64,000 nucleotides of DNA from Marinobacter sp. (GTDB lineage: Bacteria > Pseudomonadota > Gammaproteobacteria > Pseudomonadales > Oleiphilaceae): positions 505 through 64,504 of the forward strand of contig NZ_JBQDKB010000011.1 of the NCBI RefSeq assembly GCF_052094685.1. Reading direction: 5' to 3'. The notes beneath the pieces are model-generated. The model made no database searches, was not told the DNA's origin, and worked only from the letters and a program-made list of their open reading frames with translations. Within the stretch, counting starts at the first letter, position 1, and each line of letters begins with the position of its first letter. A program made the translations under genes and the position numbers. Of this stretch, positions 53,031-60,634 are shown in pieces.

Positions 53031-54103
53031 TGACAAAACCGGAAAACCGGAAAAAAGGGTGGGGCTTTGGCCCCGCCTTTTTTTTCATCGCAGCAATTAT
53101 GACCACCTCTTCTGCGGCCAGTTACGAGTTATTCGGGCGAACTGAAAATCAGTTTCTCAGCGAGCCTGAGCCAATCCGAGCGAGCCTCAACGACTGGGGC
53201 TCGGAGTTTTCACGTGGCGAGCGCCAGTGGGCAATCAGTCATTTCGAACTGGGCGTACGCTACCAAGGGATAGAAGTGTCCGTGCAGCAGCGTGGTTTAG
53301 TGGATTTGCGCATGAATGCGGAGCTTGCGGAATACTGGGGGCGGATTGACGCCGGTTTACCTCTTGATGAGGGAGCTCAAATACCGGCGCAATTGAGCGT
53401 TGATGGCTTCTCTGCCCGTGCACTGCGTTTGGGCTATCTTTTTACCTGGGATCGAGGGGCTCTAACCGTTGGTGCAGCCGTACTTGACGCAAAACATCTG
53501 GTGGCAGGTGATCTGGCAGGTGATATCCAAGTAACGAATTCGAGCGATTACGTGTTCAGCGCTCAGGTTGATTACAGTTACTACAGGGATGTGCTTTTTA
53601 ATCGCCCCATAGCAAACGAGCCGGTAGGTATGGGCTGGGCGGGAGATCTTCGTGCCCATTGGCAGCTTGATGAGAGCTGGCTCTTCAGCTTAAAGGTCGA
53701 TGACATCTTTGCTCGAATCCGGTGGGAAGACGCGCCCTACACAATTGCCAGAGGCGATTCTGATATCAAGCCTGGTGACGGCAGTAGCCTTGGCAGCGGC
53801 ATTGAGGGCTATCGTGACGTATCCCAAAGGCTTGATCCTCGGTATCAGATAGCTACTGTACTTTCGGAAGGCCCTTGGTCAGCACACCTACAAGGCCAGT
53901 ATCAGTTCGGCTACGGCTTCGTTGGTTTCGGTGCAGGGTACCGCTATGCCAGCGGACTTGCGCTAAAGGGACTGTACTGGCCGAAATACAAAACGATTGG
54001 TGTTGAAGCCGAATATAAGGGCTGGCGGGCCGCGCTAGCCGCAGATCAGTTGGAATGGCGCAAAGTACAGTCGCTGAGTTTTAGTTTGTCGTATGGGTAC
54101 TAA
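53030..54103 (+). CDS. Outer membrane beta-barrel protein of unknown family
   Basis: TGATG overlap with the upstream gene; signal-peptide-like N terminus; alternating beta strands; C-terminal 'FSLSYGY'. Confidence 0.75.
   Translation: MTKPENRKKGWGFGPAFFFIAAIMTTSSAASYELFGRTENQFLSEPEPIRASLNDWGSEFSRGERQWAISHFELGVRYQGIEVSVQQRGLVDLRMNAELAEYWGRIDAGLPLDEGAQIPAQLSVDGFSARALRLGYLFTWDRGALTVGAAVLDAKHLVAGDLAGDIQVTNSSDYVFSAQVDYSYYRDVLFNRPIANEPVGMGWAGDLRAHWQLDESWLFSLKVDDIFARIRWEDAPYTIARGDSDIKPGDGSSLGSGIEGYRDVSQRLDPRYQIATVLSEGPWSAHLQGQYQFGYGFVGFGAGYRYASGLALKGLYWPKYKTIGVEAEYKGWRAALAADQLEWRKVQSLSFSLSYGY
53051..53085 (+). terminator. Intrinsic terminator embedded in the 5' end of the barrel gene
   Basis: GGGTGGGGC-tttg-GCCCCGCCT followed by a T8 run. 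Confidence 0.7.
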
Positions 54104-54110
54104 CTGGTAG

Positions 54111-54149
54111 CGGCTACCTGGGTCGAAAATCCCAGATAGCCGTATTTTT
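54111..54149. terminator. Hairpin between the convergent barrel and DEHAG genes
   Basis: CGGCTACCTGGG-N8-CCCAGATAGCCG followed by TATTTTT. Confidence 0.6.
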
Positions 54150-54213
54150 CTTACAAATCAGTTGAAAATCTTCTATATGGGATACGGCTACCAGCTATCT
54201 CAAAGAGTAAGCT

Positions 54214-54447
54214 TTAAGCTTCATCTCCCGCATGCTCGTCTGGTTCAGCTTCTTCTCCGGCATGCTCATCTTCTTCGTCTTCCGTCTTCGAATCCTCATC
54301 AGAATCCGCTTCTTGTCCTGCATGTTCATCACCACTGCTCTCTTCTACAGCCGTGCCACCATGTTCGTCCTGAGCAACAGCAACGCCACCAAAGGCGAGG
54401 GCGGCAAGCAGGAACATTAGATAGGTCATAGATTGGAGTGTTTTCAT
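54214..54447 (-). CDS. Small secreted acidic protein with DEHAG repeats
   Basis: Strong RBS (AAAGGAGA); signal peptide ending AVA; mature part is Asp/Glu-rich with DEHGG plus three DEHAGxEA repeats. Confidence 0.8.
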   Translation of the reverse strand: MKTLQSMTYLMFLLAALAFGGVAVAQDEHGGTAVEESSGDEHAGQEADSDEDSKTEDEEDEHAGEEAEPDEHAGDEA

Positions 54448-54513
54448 TTTAATTTCTCCTTTGGGTGTCAGTGCTACTTAGTTGTACGTGCTCTTGAATA
54501 TACGGGCAATGCT

Positions 54514-55308
54514 CTAGGGTGGATTTCTTGGTGCTTGATTCCGTGACCGAAATGGCTCGGTTAGCCAGGTGCTGAACGACAAATAATCCTCTCGGCCCTC
54601 CGCAAGGCCTAGGTTCGTCATTTCCTGTTCGTCGGGTTCGGCGTAGGTGCCAAACAGGCGATCCCAAACAATGAAGATAGTGGCAAAGTTGGCATCGCCT
54701 GTGCGCCGAGCCACCGTATGATGACTGGTATGGAATCTGGGCGTTACGATGAACTTCCGTAGCCTGCGCTCCCAGTGCTCGGGTAAATCAATGTTGGAAT
54801 GATGAAACTGGCTAGCAAGGCTTACCGCAATTTCGAACGCGATAAAACCCGCAAGGGACGGCCCCCAGAGTGCAATCCAGGTTAACTTTACAAAAAAGGA
54901 AATGAACAGCTCCCCTGGGTGAAATCTAAGCGCTGTGGTTATGTCTACGTGGGTGTCCACATGGTGCACCTTGTGGAATCGCCAGAGCAGGCCAAGCCGG
55001 TGGTTAAATCGGTGCCACCAGTAGTCCAGCATATCCAGCACGATGATCGTGGCAATGATGCCACCAAGCCCGCTGTACCCGAGTATTGGGGCTAAGCCCC
55101 ATCCCTGTTCCACCACTAGTTCTGTCCAGTAAAGAACCGGCGCCAGAATGATCAGTTTGAGTAGCACTGTGTTGAATATAGCCATGGACAGGTGCGTGCG
55201 CAGGCGTTTGCCCCGCGTCTCTTTGTAGGGGCGAGCCGCAAACAGCGTTTCCACCCCGTAAAGAAGGGCGAAACCCAGCAGGAATATAATCAGTTTTGCG
55301 TCATCCAT
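54514..55308 (-). CDS. Sterol desaturase/fatty acid hydroxylase superfamily membrane enzyme
   Basis: His boxes 'WHRFNH', 'HKVHH', 'FHHSN', 'HTSHH'. Confidence 0.9.
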   Translation of the reverse strand: MDDAKLIIFLLGFALLYGVETLFAARPYKETRGKRLRTHLSMAIFNTVLLKLIILAPVLYWTELVVEQGWGLAPILGYSGLGGIIATIIVLDMLDYWWHRFNHRLGLLWRFHKVHHVDTHVDITTALRFHPGELFISFFVKLTWIALWGPSLAGFIAFEIAVSLASQFHHSNIDLPEHWERRLRKFIVTPRFHTSHHTVARRTGDANFATIFIVWDRLFGTYAEPDEQEMTNLGLAEGREDYLSFSTWLTEPFRSRNQAPRNPP

Positions 55309-55322
55309 CGCTTCGCGCCTGC

Positions 55323-55883
55323 TTACCGAAGAAGGTTTATTCTGTCATTCACAAAATTGTATCTCGGTTGCTGTACCCATTGGTTGTTTGAGCGAGTGGG
55401 GAGTTTGTGGACGTTTTCTTCGTAAACCACCAGTTCACCATCCAATTCCTGCAGCCAGAAATCGAGATCGTAGGTTTTATCTGGGTCGTTAATGGCGGCG
55501 AAGTTGGTGCAAGCAAAATAGAATTGGCCGTCGATCACGCGAACCGGGTCGTGGATGATCTGAAACCGCAGTTCCAGATTTTGGCTAGTGCGTGGGTCGG
55601 TGATTTCGAAAACGCCAGGGTTGCCGAGAGCCGTGCGTTGGCTGATGTGATCGCGCATCGCCGCTTTGATCTGGCTGGTTGTAAAGCGTTTGTTGCTTGA
55701 TGATTCTGGTGTGGCGAGGGTTTTTGGCTCATCGCTACTCTGCGTAACACTCTGATTCTTCTGGTTGGTGGTTTCGGTTACATCGCTTTTGTCGCTACCG
55801 CAGCGTGCAAGGAGTAGTAGCAGAATGATGGGTAAGGCGATCCAGGCTTTGTGGCGGAGCCACTCTGTTCCAGAGGCTTGCAT
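55323..55883 (-). CDS. Exported or lipid-anchored hypothetical protein
   Basis: Hydrophobic leader with 'LARC'; S/T-rich linker; compact domain 'IHDPVR...YFACTNF...YDLDFWL...VHK...PRY'. Confidence 0.7.
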   Translation of the reverse strand: MQASGTEWLRHKAWIALPIILLLLLARCGSDKSDVTETTNQKNQSVTQSSDEPKTLATPESSSNKRFTTSQIKAAMRDHISQRTALGNPGVFEITDPRTSQNLELRFQIIHDPVRVIDGQFYFACTNFAAINDPDKTYDLDFWLQELDGELVVYEENVHKLPTRSNNQWVQQPRYNFVNDRINLLR

Positions 55884-55973
55884 GCTCTGCTCCCACAGAT
55901 GAGTTTGTATAGGCTATTGGCTAATAGTAGTCCTTACGTTGGTTGGTGCAATTTGGATGCTTGGGGTGGGCAC

Positions 55974-56009
55974 AAAAAAGGGCCAGATGAATCTCTCCAT
56001 CTGGCCCTT
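55974..56009 (-). terminator. Intrinsic terminator after the KamA-family gene
   Basis: AAGGGCCAGATG-N8-CATCTGGCCCTT with an A6 run, giving a U tract on the minus strand. Confidence 0.8.
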
Positions 56010-56037
56010 CTCTAAAGTAGTTTTAAGGTACCAGCCC

Positions 56038-57402
56038 TCAGCCTTTCCCCAGCTTCATCGCCTCAAATTCATCCTCAAAGAAAAACTTCTCTTCACCAAA
56101 CGCCGGCTCCAGCTCGTGCAACCAGGTGGCCGTTTCGCTGTACTTGGCAAAGAACGGGCGCTGCACCCAGTCTGGGTTGCGGCCTTGCAAAAAGCGCAAC
56201 ACAAACACCTTCTCGCCGTGAATCTCGGCAATGCCTTGAATCTCCACCTTGCCGGGGCCAGCGCTCATGCTGGGGCCGCGGGCGGTGCGGGCCAGGCCGC
56301 TGACTTTCTTCATGGCTTCGCGATAAATTTCGAAGGCTTGCGCTAGCGGTATTTCAAAGTAGTTCTTGGCGCCGGTATCACGCTCCACAAACATGTAGTA
56401 GGGGATAATGCCCAGCTGTACTTCTTTCTTCCACAGTTTGGCCCAGGCATCGGCATCGTCGTTAACGTGCTTAATCAGCGGGCCTTGCGCGCGAATTTCA
56501 GCACCTGTGGCACGGATACGGCGAATCGCCTCTTCCGAAATCTCAGTGGTGATTTCTTGCCAGTGGTTGTAGTGCGCCATGATCGCTACGTGCTTGCCGG
56601 CATCTACCAGGCGAGCAAACAGGTCAATCAGCTCGTCTGCATCTTTGTCGGTTACAAAGCGGTATGGCCAAAAGGTGAGCGCCTTGGTGCCAATGCGGAT
56701 GGTTTGAAGGTGGTCAAACTCTGGCTGCAACAAAGGCTCAAGGTACTGAACCAGGCTCTTGGTTTTCATCACCATGGGGTCGCCACCGGTCACCAACAGG
56801 TCGGTTACTTCGGTGTGTTCCTGCAGGTAGCCGTGCAGCTTGCTAGCCTCGGTGCTCGACATCTTCAGGTCTTTATCACCCACAAACTGCGCCCAGCGAA
56901 AACAGAAGGTGCAATAAGAGTGGCAGGTTTGGCCTTGGGCTGGGAAAAACAACACGGTTTCGCGGTACTTGTGTTGCACGCCGTCTAGCACCTCGCCTTC
57001 CAGCTCTGGCATGTTCATTTCCATTTGGCCGGCTGGGTGCGGGTTCAGCTCATCGCGAATCTCTTTGGCGACTGCTTGAATCTCTTTTTTCTCGGCGCCT
57101 TCGCGGTGCATTTTGGCCATGCGGTCAAAGTGCTCGTCTTTGAGCATACCTTTTTGTGGGAAAACCAACTGATAGATGGGGTCGTTGGGTACTTTGTCCC
57201 AGTTGATCAGTTCGTTGATTACATACTCGTTTACTCGAAAGGGCAATACGCTGGCCACTACCTTCATTTCAAACAGGGTGTCTTCGGGCAGGCTCTGGAT
57301 AATCTCAATCTTATCTAGCTGGCGGTCGGTATAAACCTTAAAGCGCCGTTCTTCGAACTCGGTGGTAGGAATTCGGTTAGGAAAGGTGACGATTGAATTC
57401 AT
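56038..57402 (-). CDS. KamA-family radical SAM aminomutase (lysine 2,3-aminomutase-like)
   Basis: 'HKYRETVL', CxxxCxxC 'CHSYCTFC', 'TGGDP', 'IRIGT', 'IIPYYMF', 'GPSMSAGPGK'. Confidence 0.88.
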   Translation of the reverse strand: MNSIVTFPNRIPTTEFEERRFKVYTDRQLDKIEIIQSLPEDTLFEMKVVASVLPFRVNEYVINELINWDKVPNDPIYQLVFPQKGMLKDEHFDRMAKMHREGAEKKEIQAVAKEIRDELNPHPAGQMEMNMPELEGEVLDGVQHKYRETVLFFPAQGQTCHSYCTFCFRWAQFVGDKDLKMSSTEASKLHGYLQEHTEVTDLLVTGGDPMVMKTKSLVQYLEPLLQPEFDHLQTIRIGTKALTFWPYRFVTDKDADELIDLFARLVDAGKHVAIMAHYNHWQEITTEISEEAIRRIRATGAEIRAQGPLIKHVNDDADAWAKLWKKEVQLGIIPYYMFVERDTGAKNYFEIPLAQAFEIYREAMKKVSGLARTARGPSMSAGPGKVEIQGIAEIHGEKVFVLRFLQGRNPDWVQRPFFAKYSETATWLHELEPAFGEEKFFFEDEFEAMKLGKG

Positions 57403-57787
57403 AGTTCGCCCTCTGTGGTTAAAAGTGAGAAATAGCAGGAGGGCAAAAGAAATGCCGCTCCGATGGTCAAAAAATGGGCAGGCGAGTATACATAAATAGC
57501 TGTTTAGTTTCAGTTCTAATTAAAAAAGAGCGAATAAAAAGCAAGCTCCATCCGTTTTTATTATGTAACTAATTGATATTAAATAATTAAATGGTCAGTT
57601 GGTGATGCATGGTGATAGCTGGGTCATTTAGTACGGTAACGATTGAAACCGGTAAAAAAGGTACTAAGACGTTGGTCTGAGTTTGGTTGTTTGGTGCTCG
57701 AAAAAGAGGCATTATTGCGTAACTAATCGTAATAATTTTTAGAAATCGCCCGAATAGTTTACGTTTTACGGAATATTTTCGGTCAGT

Positions 57788-57807
57788 TTGTAGTAAAAAA
57801 ACTACAA
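57788..57807. promoter_or_regulatory. Palindromic operator upstream of aceE (HexR/RccR-like)
   Basis: TTGTAGT-AAAAAA-ACTACAA perfect inverted repeat. Confidence 0.65.
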
Positions 57808-57960
57808 GTCTGCAGGGCTGGCTGAATGCCCTGGCTAGATTTTGGCAAGAAATAGGCGAACACGTGGCTTCGGGCAGTAAAACTATAAAAGCTGTTCTAT
57901 GCTTGGTAGATGCCGGTTGCGGCACCTGCTGCACTTTTATGATGTGAAGGGGGAGGTTGA

Positions 57961-60624
57961 ATGCACCACGATGAAGATCCCATTGAAACGAGCGAATGGC
58001 TTGATGCGCTCGAGTCATTAATAGAGAACGAAGGTATAGACCGGGTAAAATACATTTTGGAGCGGCTTTCTGAGCGCGCCAGCCGGGATGGCACCGAGTT
58101 GCCTTATTCTATTACTACGCCATTTCGGAACACGATTCCCGCAGCCCAAGAGGCCCGTATGCCGGGTGATCTGTTTATGGAGCGCCGGATTCGTTCGCTG
58201 ATTCGCTGGAACGCCATGGCAATGGTTGTGCGGGCCGGTAAGCGCCCGGGCGATCTGGGTGGCCACATTTCCACGTTCTCATCTGCTGCCACTCTATATG
58301 ATGTGGGCTTTAACTACTTTTTCCACGGTGGCGACGATAAGCGTGAATCAGACTTGGTGTATTTCCAGGGCCATGCGGCACCAGGTAACTATGCGCGTTC
58401 CTTTTTGGAAGGGCGGTTTACCGAAGAGCAGCTTGATAAATATCGCGAGGAAGTGGATGGCGATGGCCTGTCTTCTTACCCGCACCCCTGGCTAATGCCG
58501 GATTACTGGCAGTTCCCCACGGTATCCATGGGGCTTGGGCCAATTCAGGCAATTTATCAGGCCCACGTGATGAAGTATCTGGATGGCCGCGAGCTCATTG
58601 AAATGGGCGATCGCAAAGTCTGGTGCTTTGTCGGCGATGGCGAAACCGATGAGCCAGAAACCCTTGGGTGCATTTCCAAGGCCGGTCGTGAGAATCTCGA
58701 TAACCTGGTGTTTGTGGTGAACTGCAACCTGCAGCGCCTGGATGGCCCGGTGCGAGGTAACGGCAAAATTATCCAGGAACTGGAAGGCGCGTTCCGTGGC
58801 GCTGGCTGGAACGTTATCAAGGTGGTTTGGGGTCGGGTGTGGGACACTTTGTTCGATCAGGATAACAACAGTGTGATGCAGCGCGCCATGGATGAAATCT
58901 GCGATGGTGACTTGCAGAACTACACCCACAATGGTCCGGCACATACACGCAAGCATTTCTTCGGCAAGTATCCAGAGATGGCCAAACTGGTTGAAGACTG
59001 GTCTGATGAGGATATCAACAAGCTTAACCGGGGTGGTCACGATCCCTACAAAGTTTATGCAGCTTATAAACAGGCGGCAACTGAGGCCAATGGCAAGCCA
59101 ACCGTGATCCTTGCTCATACCATCAAAGGCTACGGCTTTGGTGCAGCGGGTGAATCCCAGAACACAGCGCACTCCCTGAAAAAGCTCGACATGGATACTC
59201 TGAAGGCTTTCCGTGACCGCTTTGCGATTCCACTGAAAGACGAAGAACTGGACGACGTACCCTATTATCGCCCGGCGCCAGACAGCCCAGAGCTGGTTTA
59301 TATGAATAAGCGCCGTCAGGAATTGGGTGGTTTCTATCCCCGCCGCCGCAAAGACAGCCAACCGCTGAAGATTCCCGATTTGGATATTTTCAAGCAGGTG
59401 CTGGAAGGTTCAAACGGCCGGGAAATCTCCACCACCATGGCGTTTGTTCGCCTGCTGAGTGCGCTGGTTAAAGACAAGCGTATTGGCAAGCGCATTGTGC
59501 CTATTGTGCCAGATGAGGCCCGTACCTTCGGTATGGAAGGTATGTTCCGTCAGCTCGGGATTTACACCGCTGAAGGTCAGAAATATGTACCTCAGGATCG
59601 TGACCAGATCATGTATTACCGTGAGGACAAAAAAGGCCAGATCCTGCAGGAAGGTATTAACGAGGGTGGCGCTATGGCCGCGTGGATGGCGGCTGCGACC
59701 TCGTACAGTACCAACAACTTCCCGTTGATTCCGTTCTATGCGTTCTATTCCATGTTTGGTTTTCAGCGTGTGGGTGACTTGGCCTGGGCTTCTGGTGACA
59801 TGCAGGCGCGGGGCTTTCTGATTGGTGGCACCGCCGGGCGAACCACGCTCAATGGTGAAGGGCTGCAGCACCAAGATGGGCACAGCCATATTCTGGCTAA
59901 CACTATCCCCAACTGCCGCGCTTATGACCCGTCTTACGGGTATGAAATGGCCGTGATTGTCCATCATGGTATGAAAGAGATGTTTGAAGAGAACCAAAAC
60001 GTTTTCTACTACATCACCATGGAAAATGAGAACTACGAACAGCCTGCTATGCCCAAAGGATGCGAAGACGGCATCATTAAAGGGATGTACAAGTTCGAGT
60101 CTGTAGAAGTGAAAGGCGGCAAGAAGAAGCTGCGTGTGCAGTTACTTAGCGCTGGCGCGATTATAAATGAGGTTCGAGCAGCGGCTCAAATGCTGAAAGA
60201 CGACTGGGGTGTTGCCTCGGATGTGTGGAGCGTAACCAGCTATAACGAACTGGCTCGTGATGGCCAGCACGTTGAGCGCTGGAATCTGATGCATCCAGAT
60301 GACAAGGGGCGTAAGGCGTATGTCACCCAGTGTCTGGAGAAGCAGATTGGCCCGGTCGTTTCTTCTACGGATTACATCAAGCTGCACTCAGAGCAACTGC
60401 GTGCCTTTATCCCGAAAACCTTCCATACCCTGGGAACCGATGGCTTTGGTCGCAGTGATACCCGGGAGAAGCTGCGGAGTTTCTTTGAGATAGATCGCTA
60501 TCATGTGACGGTAACGGCTCTTTCTGCTCTGGCCAAAGATGGCGAGATTAAAGAAGAGCAGGTTTTGGAAGCCATGCGCAAGTACGGAATCGATCGCAAC
60601 AAAACGAACCCGGCGCACTGCTAA
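57961..60624 (+). CDS. aceE: Pyruvate dehydrogenase E1 (homodimeric)
   Basis: 'DEDPIETSEWL', 'QFPTVSMGLG', 'GDGETDEPE', 'GEGLQHQDG'. Confidence 0.98.
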   Translation: MHHDEDPIETSEWLDALESLIENEGIDRVKYILERLSERASRDGTELPYSITTPFRNTIPAAQEARMPGDLFMERRIRSLIRWNAMAMVVRAGKRPGDLGGHISTFSSAATLYDVGFNYFFHGGDDKRESDLVYFQGHAAPGNYARSFLEGRFTEEQLDKYREEVDGDGLSSYPHPWLMPDYWQFPTVSMGLGPIQAIYQAHVMKYLDGRELIEMGDRKVWCFVGDGETDEPETLGCISKAGRENLDNLVFVVNCNLQRLDGPVRGNGKIIQELEGAFRGAGWNVIKVVWGRVWDTLFDQDNNSVMQRAMDEICDGDLQNYTHNGPAHTRKHFFGKYPEMAKLVEDWSDEDINKLNRGGHDPYKVYAAYKQAATEANGKPTVILAHTIKGYGFGAAGESQNTAHSLKKLDMDTLKAFRDRFAIPLKDEELDDVPYYRPAPDSPELVYMNKRRQELGGFYPRRRKDSQPLKIPDLDIFKQVLEGSNGREISTTMAFVRLLSALVKDKRIGKRIVPIVPDEARTFGMEGMFRQLGIYTAEGQKYVPQDRDQIMYYREDKKGQILQEGINEGGAMAAWMAAATSYSTNNFPLIPFYAFYSMFGFQRVGDLAWASGDMQARGFLIGGTAGRTTLNGEGLQHQDGHSHILANTIPNCRAYDPSYGYEMAVIVHHGMKEMFEENQNVFYYITMENENYEQPAMPKGCEDGIIKGMYKFESVEVKGGKKKLRVQLLSAGAIINEVRAAAQMLKDDWGVASDVWSVTSYNELARDGQHVERWNLMHPDDKGRKAYVTQCLEKQIGPVVSSTDYIKLHSEQLRAFIPKTFHTLGTDGFGRSDTREKLRSFFEIDRYHVTVTALSALAKDGEIKEEQVLEAMRKYGIDRNKTNPAHC

Positions 60625-60634
60625 GGAGACCGTC

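Noticed and set aside
54214-54370. Spaced ~23-nt repeats as a mini-CRISPR array
   Set aside because: The repeats are degenerate at third codon positions, unevenly spaced and in frame within a CDS, and no cas genes are present.
54162-54431. Plus-strand His/Leu-rich ORF
   Set aside because: It is the antisense shadow of the DEHAG gene, which has the RBS and signal peptide.
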